In this document: positions 49,553 through 60,030 of the stretch, piece after piece
Position numbering within the stretch: position 1 is the first letter of the stretch
How the letters are laid out: the number at the start of each line of letters is the position of its first letter
Assembly: GCA_023205875.1 (NCBI GenBank)
Contig: CP060756.1
Location: forward strand, 806,001-870,000
Reading direction: 5' to 3'
Length of the DNA stretch: 64,000 nucleotides
From: Chloropicon primus
Taxonomy: Eukaryota
The notes under the pieces: generated by a model
What the model saw: the letters and a program-made list of their open reading frames with translations, nothing else
Database searches by the model: none
What the model was told of the DNA's origin: nothing
Program-made: the position numbers and the translations under genes

Positions 49553-51640
49553 TTACTCAATGTCATCTGGATCAATGGGCAGCTCCGGCTTCCCCCACGT
49601 CCACGGAAGCTCGTCCGTTCGCCAACCCGCCGCCTGTATCTTCACCATCTCCTGAAGCGCTGCGTAAGACTCCACCCTATCGTCAAACCAGCTCTTGACT
49701 GCCTGGTAGTCATCATTCGCAAGTATCTGGTAGTCTTCGTGCCCCTTTCCTGCGATGACTACGGCGTCCCCCTCTTCCGCCATGCCAATTGCCAGCCTTA
49801 TTGCGTAATACCTCTCCTGCACGACGTACCTCCTCACGGCATTCTGGAGGTACTGCGCCCTTGATCTGTTTCCAATGTACTTGAACTTTTCCCACCTCCT
49901 GGTCGTCGTCTCTGGAATGTACACGGGGTCCAAGTTGTGAATATCCTGGAGCCAGTGCAAACCGAGCTCCTTGTCGACCTGGAACTTTTCGTACAACTCG
50001 GCAGAGAACCCTGACACAATGTCGTCAATGACCACGTCAGGGTTCTCTGTTCTCGGGTTATCGCTCGTGACAAAGACGACGTCGCTCTTGTCGTGCGCAA
50101 TTTTCCCCATCAAAGGCCTTTTGCCTGTATCCCTGCACCCCCCACACCCAAACACGGTGATGACGCGCTTCGCACCCATTGCCTTCACGTCATCCAAAAC
50201 ATTTGCCAGAGCGTCTGGCGTGTGAGCGTAATCCACAAGAACAGCAAAGTCTTGCCCCTCGTTTATCAGCTCGTACCTGCCGGGTACAAACTCTGTGGAC
50301 TGAATTCCCCCGGCTATGACGTCGTTGGGGTATCCCATGGCTACCCCTGCTGCCACAGCACCCAGGATGTTGGAAACGTTCGCGTGTCCCAGCAGAGAAG
50401 ACGTGATCTCGACTTCGCTCCCCGTGGCCCTCACCCCAACAACCATATCGGTTTGAAAGAGGGACAGCTCCGCACTCAGGCACGTGATGTCCGCACCAGA
50501 CGACGCGTTTGCGCTAAACGTGAGCACCTTCAACCCCCTTCTCCTGGCCACCTCGATAAAGGAGGCGGAGACGGGGTCGTCCAGATTAACAACACCAGTC
50601 CCGTTTGTGGAGATGAGCTCGAAGAGTCTGAGCTTGGCCTGCTCGTACGAGTCCATGTCACCGTGGAAGTCCATGTGCTCCCGCGACAGGTTGGTGAATA
50701 TTCCCACGTTCACGTCAACGTTGTCGCACCGGCCCATGGCCAGGGCATGGCTGCTGGCTTCCATCACCACGGCTTCGCCCCCCTGATTTACCATCGAAGC
50801 CATGATTTTTTGTACCTGCAGGGCGTCTGGGGTCGTGTTCTGCACCTCGTACTTGCCAAAGTACGGAACGATGTGGGCGGGCAAGGTCTGCTGCATCTGG
50901 AGGGTCGGGTCCTCCTCCCCGCTCTCCCAGATTTTTCCCTCCGAGTCCAACCTGTGCTCAGCCAGGGCGTACTCCACGGTGCCGACCATCCCGGTGATGA
51001 ACCCGGCTTCCTCTAGGATCCCGCGCACAAGCCACGTCGTCGTCGTCTTCCCGTTCGTCCCCGTCACCGCAACCGTCTTCAGCTTGGACGAGGGGTCCCC
51101 GTAGAAAGCCTTAGAGGCCGCCGCGAGTCTCGACTGGGTGTCCTCCACGAACAGCACCGGAACGTCCAGCCCTTCGAGGTCGACCTGCTTGCTCGCGACA
51201 ACCGCTATCGCTCCATTCTCCGCCGCCTGCGCCGCGAAGTCGTGGCCATCGTTCTGCGTCCCCTCTATGCAGAAGAAGACGCAATTGGAACCGATCACGC
51301 GCGAGTCGTTCGACAAGTTCTCCACCTGGAGCTGAGCTGCCGGCCCGTCGGCCTCAGGCAGAATGTCGCTCAGCGCCACGGAGACGCGCGGCACCACCGC
51401 CCCGGCAGGCTGCTCGCTGCTGCTCTTCTCGCTCGCTGCACTCACCCTCGCCGTGGGCCTCTCCGCTCTCTGCCGTGTCCCCTCCAGCACTCGACGCACG
51501 GGGAAACCACCTCTCAACCTGCTTCCGCTCGTCGTCCTGCCCCGCCGCGGCGAGGAGGACGCAGGGACCCTGCCCTTCCCGTCCAGGACCAGCCTCCTCC
51601 GGCCCCTCGGACCGCCAAGCCCTTGCCGACACGTTGCCAT
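49553..51640 (-). CDS. murE: Plastid-targeted MurE (UDP-MurNAc-tripeptide synthetase) homolog
   Basis: DSR, DGHDF, VTGTNGKTTT, TTPD, MEASSH, FTNLSREHMDFH, VDYAHTPDA, FGCGG, SDNPR, AGKGHE. Confidence 0.95.
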   Translation of the reverse strand: MATCRQGLGGPRGRRRLVLDGKGRVPASSSPRRGRTTSGSRLRGGFPVRRVLEGTRQRAERPTARVSAASEKSSSEQPAGAVVPRVSVALSDILPEADGPAAQLQVENLSNDSRVIGSNCVFFCIEGTQNDGHDFAAQAAENGAIAVVASKQVDLEGLDVPVLFVEDTQSRLAAASKAFYGDPSSKLKTVAVTGTNGKTTTTWLVRGILEEAGFITGMVGTVEYALAEHRLDSEGKIWESGEEDPTLQMQQTLPAHIVPYFGKYEVQNTTPDALQVQKIMASMVNQGGEAVVMEASSHALAMGRCDNVDVNVGIFTNLSREHMDFHGDMDSYEQAKLRLFELISTNGTGVVNLDDPVSASFIEVARRRGLKVLTFSANASSGADITCLSAELSLFQTDMVVGVRATGSEVEITSSLLGHANVSNILGAVAAGVAMGYPNDVIAGGIQSTEFVPGRYELINEGQDFAVLVDYAHTPDALANVLDDVKAMGAKRVITVFGCGGCRDTGKRPLMGKIAHDKSDVVFVTSDNPRTENPDVVIDDIVSGFSAELYEKFQVDKELGLHWLQDIHNLDPVYIPETTTRRWEKFKYIGNRSRAQYLQNAVRRYVVQERYYAIRLAIGMAEEGDAVVIAGKGHEDYQILANDDYQAVKSWFDDRVESYAALQEMVKIQAAGWRTDELPWTWGKPELPIDPDDIE

Positions 51641-51771
51641 CGTCCTCCTTGTCAGAAGCAAAAGTGAGCGGAAGCAGCTCTCTCTGAGGATGAAGTACTT
51701 GGGAAATCGGGAGGCATCGGCGTTTTGCTAAAACGGTTGAAGGTTAAAAGGCATTAAAAAGTAGCAGTGCC

Positions 51772-53604
51772 TCAGTCGGCAAAGTCGGAGAACTTCTCCA
51801 AGTGGGCCTTGGGGATCACGGCCGTGACCTTGGTCCCCTCCTCGAGGTAATCCACGCCCTCCATGACGCCCTGGCTGTGTATGAGGTCGAGCAAATCGCC
51901 CCGGTCGTAAGGAATGATGGCGGTGACCGGACTCATGTCTCCAAGGGAGATGACGTTGGATTCGATCGCTTCGAGGAGGTCATCGATGCCCTCCCCGCTC
52001 TGGGCCGAGATACACACCGTGTTGGACCTGTTGGTGGCCGCGGCCATCACCTGGGGCTCCACCCCGCCGTCGATGCAATCGATCTTGTTCCAGGCGTGGA
52101 TGACGGGGACCTCCGAGGCCCCGGGGATCTCCCTCAGGGTGCTCTCCACGGCGTCCACGTGGGCGTAGGCGTAGGGGGAGGAGACGTCCACGACGTGGAT
52201 GAGCAAATCCGCGGACCCTATCTCCTCCAGGGTGGCCCTGAAGGCGGCGATGAGGGTGGACGGCAGCTGCTGCACGAATCCAACGGTATCCGTCACCAGG
52301 AGCTTCTTCCCGCTCGGCAGTCTGACCTTCCTGGTCGTGGGGTCCAGGGTGGCGAAGAGCTGGTCCCTCGCCTTGACGAGCTTCCTGTTGTTCTGGCCCG
52401 GGGTCTCGAAAGTCAGCGAAAGCTGGTTCAGGAGGCTGCTCTTCCCGGCGTTGGTGTACCCGACCAGGGCCACGACGGGGATGTTCGCCCTCGCCCTCTT
52501 GCGCCTGAACTGCTCTCTCTGGCTTCTGACGTTCTCGAGCTCCCGCTTTATCAGGGAGATCCGCTTCCTCAGCAAGCGCTTGTCCACCTCGATTTGAGTC
52601 TCTCCCATGCCCCTGTTCTGCGCGCTGGCGCCGCCCCCGCCCCCGCTCTGCCTCTCCAGATGGGTCCACATTCGGGTGAGCCGTGGCAACTGGTACTGGG
52701 CTTGCGCCATCTCCACCTGAAGCTTGCCTTCCCTGGTGGCAGCCCGCTGGCTGAAGATGTCGAGAATCAACGCGGTCCTGTCCGCGACGGTGACTTTCTC
52801 GAGCTCGATGCAGTCCTCCTCCTCCTCCTCCTCGGCGCCCAGGTCCTCGTCGAGGTAACTGTCGTAATACCCCGACGACGACGACGCGCTCCCGAACAAG
52901 TCCTCCCCACCGTCCATCTCCTCGGCAGCTTCGATCAGCGCGGACCTAGACGTGAAGTAGTTCGTGGATTTCTTGTTCATGATCTTCTCCAAGTTTTTGG
53001 CCTGGGACGGAGAGAGATCGCAGTCGAAGAACACGGTCGTCGCTCCGAGTCTCCGCGCCTCGTCCCTCACCTGAAAGGCCTTGCCCTTTCCTATCAAGGT
53101 GGCCGGCCTCGGCTTGTCCAGCTTCTGACTCGTCGCGCCCACCACCCTCAAGCCCGCCGCGTTCGCCAGCCGCTCCAGCTCATTCAGGGACTCCCCCGAA
53201 GCGATCAGATCCTGCACTGACTGATCCAGTTTGGACAGAAAATTTGGTGCCGAGCCAAACTCAACGCCGACCAGGTACACCGCCTCCGAATCCTCGTCGA
53301 GGACCATGGGCTCATCCCAATCGTTCTCCCCGTCATAGCAAGTGAAGTCCGCCGCGGAATCTTCCACCTCAACCTCTTCCGACGACGATCCTATCCAATC
53401 CACGCGGGCAGCGTCTTCCTGCTTCGTCTCCTTCGGCTCGGACTCTAGGCTGCTCAGGCACAGCCCCCTCCGCGACAAAACCACCCTCTCCGCCAATGCA
53501 ACACCCCTTCCTCTTCTCCTCGCCGGCCAGGGCACCCTTCCGGTGCAGCTGCACGCTGCTGCTGCCCCCTTCTCTCTCCCTCTCCACGCCTCTCGCTGCA
53601 GCAT
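51772..53604 (-). CDS. hflX: HflX GTPase, plastid-targeted
   Basis: LILDIFSQRAATREGKLQVE, GETQIEVDKR, GYTNAGKS, LFATLDPT, DTVGF, NKID. Confidence 0.95.
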   Translation of the reverse strand: MLQREAWRGREKGAAAACSCTGRVPWPARRRGRGVALAERVVLSRRGLCLSSLESEPKETKQEDAARVDWIGSSSEEVEVEDSAADFTCYDGENDWDEPMVLDEDSEAVYLVGVEFGSAPNFLSKLDQSVQDLIASGESLNELERLANAAGLRVVGATSQKLDKPRPATLIGKGKAFQVRDEARRLGATTVFFDCDLSPSQAKNLEKIMNKKSTNYFTSRSALIEAAEEMDGGEDLFGSASSSSGYYDSYLDEDLGAEEEEEEDCIELEKVTVADRTALILDIFSQRAATREGKLQVEMAQAQYQLPRLTRMWTHLERQSGGGGGASAQNRGMGETQIEVDKRLLRKRISLIKRELENVRSQREQFRRKRARANIPVVALVGYTNAGKSSLLNQLSLTFETPGQNNRKLVKARDQLFATLDPTTRKVRLPSGKKLLVTDTVGFVQQLPSTLIAAFRATLEEIGSADLLIHVVDVSSPYAYAHVDAVESTLREIPGASEVPVIHAWNKIDCIDGGVEPQVMAAATNRSNTVCISAQSGEGIDDLLEAIESNVISLGDMSPVTAIIPYDRGDLLDLIHSQGVMEGVDYLEEGTKVTAVIPKAHLEKFSDFAD

Positions 53605-53875
53605 CCTGCCTCTCTCGGCCTAGAACTTTTTGCCAAGGGCGTCAAAGTGATCAAGCGAGGTGCCGTTCGAAAGCTTGTCTGAAACCCTTTCCCTCCACCC
53701 TCGTCGCCTCGCCCCTCCCCTCCGCCTCCAACGCGCTAGGAACCTCAAGCCAAGCCTTCTCGACCGCGCGCCACGTACGAGTACGAGATCTCTGCTCTGA
53801 CAGAGAGGGCCGAGCCGAGAGAGAAAGGGTAGTGTGTGTGTGGTGGTGTTGCTGAGCGAAGTGCTTTATGGTGGC

Positions 53876-54085
53876 ATGAACCGTGGGGTGTATTCCGGTC
53901 ACGCCAACGGGGACGAAAGTTTCTTTCAGGCCCAGGCGGAGAACTTGTCGGCGTTGCTCGAGTGCGAGAGGGAGACGAAGAAGCAGACCAAGCAGGAGCT
54001 GCTGACCAAGTTGAGGACAGAGAACCTGAAGATCATACAGGAAGAGTCGTGGAAGTACGAGAAGAAGAAGGAGGAGGGCGATTAG
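53876..54085 (+). CDS. Small helical protein (69 aa), weakly APC16-like
   Basis: Host-like codon usage; ends ELLTKLRTENLKIIQEESWKYE; stop is 22 nt before the next ATG. Confidence 0.55.
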   Translation: MNRGVYSGHANGDESFFQAQAENLSALLECERETKKQTKQELLTKLRTENLKIIQEESWKYEKKKEEGD

Positions 54086-54107
54086 GACGCACGGAGAGCG
54101 CGGCACG

Positions 54108-55265
54108 ATGGCAAGCGAGGCGGAGCTCCTGTCGGAGCAGCCCGAGTGGGCTGACCTGGCCCCGATACCACAGAGGGAGGGCGTCGAGCCTGTGGTCCAG
54201 ATCATGTACGACAAGGATTATTCGGACGCCATGGGGCTTTTGAGGGCGCTCATGCTCAAGGGTGAGCTCAGCGAACGGGCGCTGCACCTGACGAGCGTGG
54301 TCATATTCATGAACTCCGCCCACGTCACAGTGTGGGAGTTCCGAAGGTGCGTCTTGTCCTCCCTCAACAGCAAGATGAGGTGGCTGGCTGAGCTGGAGTT
54401 CATGCACGAGGTGAACGAGATGAACACGAAAAACTACCAGCTGTGGAACCACCGAAGGGCGGTCCTCCAAGTGATTCTCCCCACAACTCCTGTGGAGAGG
54501 GAGAGGAACAGCAGCCTTCGGGCGGACACCATGGTGAGCGACCACACGCTCGAGAAGGAGCTAGCTCACCTCAGCGCGGTCTTTGAGGCGGACTCAAAAC
54601 ACTACCACGCCTGGGCTCACAGGCAGTGGGTGGTGGGGAGGCACAAGTGCTGGGCGACGGAAATGGAGTTAACCAAGGCCATGATCGCGAGGGATGTGTA
54701 CAATAACTCTGCCTGGAACCACAGGTTTTTCGTGCTAGAGAACAGGACGGATCGAAGAGAGGGAGGAGACAAGGGAGGAGGAGGCGGGCGTGAAGAGAGC
54801 GAGTTCACGCTCGAGGTTCTGCATGCGGTTCAGTGCTTGGAGAGGGCCCCGGAGAACGAGAGCGCCTGGACGTTTTTGACTGGTTTCCTCTTCAAGAGCC
54901 CGCACTTCCTCTCCGTCTCCGCCAAGGAGTACTCGCTGGTCGTCGAGCTGTTGACGAAGTTCTGCAAGGTTCAGGCCATGGCCGGGGGCAGAAAGGGCGG
55001 GAGCTCTTCCGCCGCCGGAGGGGTAAAGTGCGTGTCATTCGAGGCGAACATTCTCTACCTTCTTGCCCTGAGGTTGTCCGGGCTCGAGGACGAGGGTCTG
55101 CCCCTCTGGGGCGACCTCGCTCCGGACTTGGATCCGAGGGCGCAGGCCCAGGCCGCGATCGCCAAGTGGGAGGCGCTCAAGGGGATGGACGCCGTGAGGC
55201 GCGCCGCCTACGGCATGAAGATTAGAATAGCAGAGGAAAGAATACTTGGAAGCAAAAGCCTGTAA
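54108..55265 (+). CDS. Protein farnesyltransferase/GGTase-I alpha subunit
   Basis: WADLAPIPQ, GELSERAL, PPTA repeats: KNYQLWNHRR, KHYHAWAHRQW, YNNSAWNHR, PENESAW. Confidence 0.93.
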   Translation: MASEAELLSEQPEWADLAPIPQREGVEPVVQIMYDKDYSDAMGLLRALMLKGELSERALHLTSVVIFMNSAHVTVWEFRRCVLSSLNSKMRWLAELEFMHEVNEMNTKNYQLWNHRRAVLQVILPTTPVERERNSSLRADTMVSDHTLEKELAHLSAVFEADSKHYHAWAHRQWVVGRHKCWATEMELTKAMIARDVYNNSAWNHRFFVLENRTDRREGGDKGGGGGREESEFTLEVLHAVQCLERAPENESAWTFLTGFLFKSPHFLSVSAKEYSLVVELLTKFCKVQAMAGGRKGGSSSAAGGVKCVSFEANILYLLALRLSGLEDEGLPLWGDLAPDLDPRAQAQAAIAKWEALKGMDAVRRAAYGMKIRIAEERILGSKSL

Positions 55266-55334
55266 TCGTTTCTTGTGCAAATGGATATTATATGAGTTCT
55301 CGACACAACACATGGATGGTGACTCTCTCAATCC

Positions 55335-56087
55335 TCAGAAGGGGAGCGTCTCGCACTCGCCCATCTCTTGCGCAAACTCGTCGCAGTCCACGGGGCCGAC
55401 CGTGCCGCTTCCCTGCCCAGGCATGACACCCCCAGCGAACCCCGAGGCCTTGAGGCCCTGTATCGTCAAGCCACCGTCCTTTGCGCCCTCCTCCGCGAAC
55501 ACGGAGTTCACTATGAACCCGAACTGAACTTGGCTCTCTCCAGGGGGGATTTTGTCGATGTAAGACAAGCGAATGTTTTCTGTGTCGTCCCGCGTGGTGT
55601 TACCGTACTTGTCGTAGACGCGGCCAAAGACGTCCGCGTTGAAAAGCTCCTTCTTCGACGGATTCTTCGCCCTCGCTGTGACGGTGAAGCAGCCGTTAGT
55701 GAACTCCATGTTGCTCTCCTGGTCCTTTGCCTTGGCATCCCTGAAGTCGTTCCCCCCGACCTGACGCCCCGCCGTCTGCCCCGCATCACACGTCGTCCTC
55801 TCGATCACCACGTCCGTGAAGAACACCTTGACTGGCCCGATGGCCTGCGCGGACTCGACCGCGACCGGTAGGACCGAGAGGGATGCCGCCAACGCCAAAC
55901 CAAACGCTCCTTTCGCAACTCGCTCGTGCGCCCTCACGAACGTCGCGGTGCTCCAGAAGCAGTCTCTTCTCGTCCCCTTTGCGTTGACGCGGCACACCGT
56001 CGTCCTCCGCAACCCGCCTGAGCCGTGCTCCCTCGCGCTCCCCCTCCTCCCCCTCCTCCTCGTCGTCGTCGTCGTCGTCGTCGCCAT
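55335..56087 (-). CDS. Probable thylakoid-lumen protein resembling a cyanobacterial conserved hypothetical family
   Basis: Bipartite transit peptide ending AQA; GCFTVTARAKN...NADVFGRVYD. Confidence 0.7.
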   Translation of the reverse strand: MATTTTTTTRRRGRRGSAREHGSGGLRRTTVCRVNAKGTRRDCFWSTATFVRAHERVAKGAFGLALAASLSVLPVAVESAQAIGPVKVFFTDVVIERTTCDAGQTAGRQVGGNDFRDAKAKDQESNMEFTNGCFTVTARAKNPSKKELFNADVFGRVYDKYGNTTRDDTENIRLSYIDKIPPGESQVQFGFIVNSVFAEEGAKDGGLTIQGLKASGFAGGVMPGQGSGTVGPVDCDEFAQEMGECETLPF

Positions 56088-56128
56088 GAGAGATCTTTTG
56101 GGTGAGGAGGATCTCGCAGATCGACATC

Positions 56129-57084
56129 ATGGCGAGGGCGGTCAAGTGCAGCGCGGCCCGTGGCCTCGAACGGGTGACGCTTGGGGGGAAGCGAGGGAGA
56201 AGAAAGCTGGACCTCGCGATTCCGAGTGGGGACCGGCTGTCCGCGAACTTCATTTACCGCGAGGTCTTCGAGAAGGAGAGTTACCACGAAGTGAACCTGA
56301 GCGTGGGCTTTCGGGTCTTGGATGTCGGGGCGAACGTGGGGATCTTCGCCTTGTGGGCGGCCGAGCGAGTCGGGGAGTCCGGGAGCGTGGTCTGCTTCGA
56401 GCCTTCTCCCGCCGCGTTCGACGCTTTGGAGTCCAACTGCGAAGACGTTGAGCAGGTTGAGGTGCGAAGAATCGCCATAGGATCTAAAACCGGGACAGCC
56501 TCCATGACGAGCTACACGAAAGGGTCCGGGTGGAGCTCGCTCATGCCTTCCGAGGAGTCGGTCGTGAACGATGTCGGTTGGCACGCCGCAGCCCGTGGGA
56601 TTTCCCTCCCCCTTGGAGCTGAACGTGTGCTGAACCTGTTGCTTCCCAAGGTGAGTAGCTTGGAGAGGAACTCGGAGAGGAGCTCGGAGAAGCTCTTCTT
56701 GGCGCTTACTGACTCTTCTCGTGGCAGCCCTTGAAGCGCTTCATAGGGAGGTCGGTCGCACGATTTTTGCTGAGGGGGACCACGACTTCCGTCGTCCAAG
56801 TGGACACGCTGTCCAACCAACTCCAGCCGGGCTGGGACAAGATAGACCTCCTGAAGATCGACGTCGAAAGGTCTGAGTGGGACGTAATCCAAGGCATCGG
56901 GGACGGGGACTGGAGGAGGATCGATCAGGTCTTGGCCGAAGTTCACGACGGCCTTGGAGCCGAGGCAGATGGTCTCGTCGCTAAGTTTGTCGGCGTTCTC
57001 GAGCAAAAAGGCTTCGAGGTCGACGTCTCGCAAACCCAAGAGCTGGTGGGGTCAAACTTGTACCAAGTGCTCGGCAAGAGGTGA
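56129..57084 (+). CDS. FkbM-family SAM methyltransferase; intron 56651-56727
   Basis: IYREVF, VLDVGANVGIF, CFEP, IDLLKIDVERSE, EVH; splice keeps the frame. Confidence 0.9.
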
Positions 57085-57240
57085 AGGACCACTTGTATTG
57101 TATATTGCGTTATGACATGACGCAAAAGGAAGGTCGTCATTGCCTGGGGGATCGATGGACGGATCATCCTAATACTATATTACTCTACACCACAAATATA
57201 ACTTCCTAACTTCAGTTAGAGGGCAATGAGGGCTTAGGGC

Positions 57241-60030
57241 TTAGACGTAGCCCATGGCCTTCTTGTAAAACCATTCTTCCTTCCACGTCAGCATGTCCGT
57301 GTTCCAGTTGCCGCTGGAGCCCCTGCGCTTGAAGCAAGGCTTAGGCTTGTCCGTCTTGAAGACGTCGTCCAAGCTGCAGGTGGTCTGCTTGGCGTTGAAG
57401 ATCTCATCGGGATCCGAGCCCATCTGGGCCTGGAGCTGCTTGCCGAGGTTTTTGCTCTTTGCCCACTGAGGCACGGGCTTGGCGGGCCTGAACTCGTCGT
57501 CAGACTCCTCCGAGTCGCTCCTGTACGGGGTCATCTGGTAGGACTGGATCCCTTGCTCCTTAGGCTTCTGCGTGTTCAGAACGGGCGTCTGCTGGGTCCT
57601 GCTTTGGAGCATCTTAAGCTCTGGAGTCTTTTGGACGACCGCGCTGGGCACCTTGGCACTAAATGAGAATGGCTTTTGTACAGAAGTCTTGGCGGGGGCG
57701 TCGAGATCGCTGGCGTTTGTCCTGTTGGCAAACGGTGCTGGCTTGTTGGCTCCAGCGTTCGGGACGTTCGCGCGCGGCTTGAGACCCGTTTTCGCGGGTC
57801 CGCTCGCATGATTGGCCATCCTATTGGATGCGGAGAGAGGACCTCTCGAGGACTGGGGGACGACGCCCTTCGGCTTGGCCGCGTTCATGGCTGGGGCGGG
57901 CCTCTGAACCTTGTGCTCGTTGCCATAGCTCTTCTGACCCTTTGGATCGCTTGCGCCGAGGCCAAGGCCAGTGGTGTGGGCGGTCTGAGACCTTGCATCG
58001 GCGGCCAATTTCCTCTTCTCGAGCTCGAGCTCGAGCTTCCTCCGCTTCTCCTCCTTCTCCCTCTTGGCCTCCTCGTCCCGCTCCCTCTTCTTCCTCGCGA
58101 TCTCCTCCCCTCTCTTCTTCATCTGGTCCTGCTTCCTTTGCTGATCCAACAGCATCTGGCGGCGCTTCTGCTCCTCGAGCTTCTGCTTGGCCTCCTTCAC
58201 TGCTACTGCTCGGTCCCTCATGACCTCCTTCCTCCTCATCTTCTCCTCCAGCTTGAGTGCCTCCTGCTTTCTGGCAGCCTCCGCGGCCTTGAGGGCTTTC
58301 ACCTCCACAGGCTTTCTCGCCTTCTGCGCGAGGGCGGCATCCTTCTTCACCGCTGGCAAAAAGGACGTTACAGAAGTGATCACGTTGGAAGCCTTTTCCA
58401 GGAGCCCGGGCGGGTTCTTGGATCCGCTCTGCTGGCTTGCCCCCTGAGTGACGTGCTCAAAGCGGGACATGGTTCTCTCTCCCTGGCCATCCTCGTTCTC
58501 TGGGGAGAGCAAGCTCATCATATTTTTCAGTCCGCCGACCTTGGCGTCCTGGACTGCCTTCTTCGTCGCGGCTGCCTCGACCTGGAGAACTTCGGAGATT
58601 CTCACGCCCTTGTTCTCCTTGATCTTCCCCTCCAACTGCGAGGCGATCGCCTTCACCTTGCTCTTACTCGAGCTACCCTCCTCGGCGGCGTCCGGGATCT
58701 CGGCCTCCTCCGGTTCCTTCAACTCGCGCTCTTCCTCGCAGCTCTGTGAGTCTTCTTTCTCCTGCGGCGTGGAAACGGCGGGGCTGAGCAGAGGGCCGAC
58801 GGCCTCGCTCTCGATGACCTCTTCCTCGACGGCCTGCACCGGAGACGCGGCGGCGACCGCCAGGGCCTCGTCCTCCTCGACGACGGGGGCGGCGGCCTCC
58901 ACGACTGCTTCAGGCTCCTCCTCCACCGCAGGTTTGGTGGTCTCCTCGATCATTCTGGAGGACCTCGTCCTCCTCCTCAGCTTGCGCGGCTCCTTCTGGA
59001 CCTCCTCGGCAGAAGAATCGGCACCCGCGCCCTTGGCGACCCTCGCCCTTCCTCTCTTCTTCCCCGCCTTCTCCGTCGCGGCTTCCTCCTTCTCGGCGGC
59101 CTCGGTGGTCGTCTTGTCCGGGTCTGCCTCCGCGACGACCGCGGCTTCTTCTGCCCCGATCCCCGTCTCGAGGGCCTCATCCTCCTCCTTGGGGATCTTC
59201 TCAGCCTCCGACGCCTTGGGCTCGACGGCCGCGGGCGCCTCCTCGAGAGACGTCCTCTTCCTGGTGCTCCTCCTTCGGGCGGTCTCCTCGACCGGGACGG
59301 GAGCCTCCTCCTGCTGCTGCGCGACGGCGTCCTCGAGCTTCTTCGCCTTCTTCTTTCCGGCCCCCTGCTTCTTCGCCTTCTGGGAGGCGGGCTTCTTGGA
59401 GGTCTTCTTCTTCTTCTCCTCCACCAAGTCCTTGGGGGCCTCGGGGGCCTCCTCCTTCGCCACCACCAGCTCCTCCACCAGCTTCTCGCCCGCCTCCGGG
59501 CTCGGCTCCGGGCTCGTGTCCTCGTTCTCGGTGGTCTCCAAGATCGTCTCCAGGACCTGGGTCTGCTGCCTCGCCCTCGACCTGGTCACGCGCCCTGTTC
59601 CGGCCGCTGGGGGCGCTGCGGCGCCGCTCGCCGTCGTCGTCGTCGTCGCCGTGGCCTTCTTCGACCTCAGGCGCCTGGAGGACCGCGTGGGCTGCTGGGC
59701 CTCCTCGTTCGCGACCACATTCCCCGCCTCGGCGAGGGTCCGGGACCTCGTGGATCTCGTGGACCTCCTCGTCTTTCTGGCGTTCTCCTTGTCCGAGTCC
59801 TCTGAGACCTCCTCCGAGGTCGCATTCGCCTTCTTCTTCGTCGTCCTCGAGGCGGCCCTCCCCTTGGCGGTCGTCCTCGTCCTCGTCCTCGTCCTCTCCC
59901 TCTCCACCTTGGCCTCGATCGTCGCCTGAATCTCGGTCAGGTACGCCTTGCTACGCTCCTCCAACTGACCCAGCTTCGTGGTCGCGATGCCCCTCAAGCT
60001 CTCCAAAACTTGCTCGAAAGGTTGCGCCAT
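57241..60030 (-). CDS. INCENP: INCENP-like chromosomal passenger protein
   Basis: Long disordered region, charged single-alpha-helix segment, C-terminal IN-box KPVPQWA...DPDEIF...RRGSSGNW. Confidence 0.85.
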   Translation of the reverse strand: MAQPFEQVLESLRGIATTKLGQLEERSKAYLTEIQATIEAKVERERTRTRTRTTAKGRAASRTTKKKANATSEEVSEDSDKENARKTRRSTRSTRSRTLAEAGNVVANEEAQQPTRSSRRLRSKKATATTTTTASGAAAPPAAGTGRVTRSRARQQTQVLETILETTENEDTSPEPSPEAGEKLVEELVVAKEEAPEAPKDLVEEKKKKTSKKPASQKAKKQGAGKKKAKKLEDAVAQQQEEAPVPVEETARRRSTRKRTSLEEAPAAVEPKASEAEKIPKEEDEALETGIGAEEAAVVAEADPDKTTTEAAEKEEAATEKAGKKRGRARVAKGAGADSSAEEVQKEPRKLRRRTRSSRMIEETTKPAVEEEPEAVVEAAAPVVEEDEALAVAAASPVQAVEEEVIESEAVGPLLSPAVSTPQEKEDSQSCEEERELKEPEEAEIPDAAEEGSSSKSKVKAIASQLEGKIKENKGVRISEVLQVEAAATKKAVQDAKVGGLKNMMSLLSPENEDGQGERTMSRFEHVTQGASQQSGSKNPPGLLEKASNVITSVTSFLPAVKKDAALAQKARKPVEVKALKAAEAARKQEALKLEEKMRRKEVMRDRAVAVKEAKQKLEEQKRRQMLLDQQRKQDQMKKRGEEIARKKRERDEEAKREKEEKRRKLELELEKRKLAADARSQTAHTTGLGLGASDPKGQKSYGNEHKVQRPAPAMNAAKPKGVVPQSSRGPLSASNRMANHASGPAKTGLKPRANVPNAGANKPAPFANRTNASDLDAPAKTSVQKPFSFSAKVPSAVVQKTPELKMLQSRTQQTPVLNTQKPKEQGIQSYQMTPYRSDSEESDDEFRPAKPVPQWAKSKNLGKQLQAQMGSDPDEIFNAKQTTCSLDDVFKTDKPKPCFKRRGSSGNWNTDMLTWKEEWFYKKAMGYV

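Noticed and set aside
49553..53604. murE next to hflX as a bacterial operon or contamination
   Set aside because: Both have transit-peptide-like extensions and host-like codon usage, and lie among clearly eukaryotic genes
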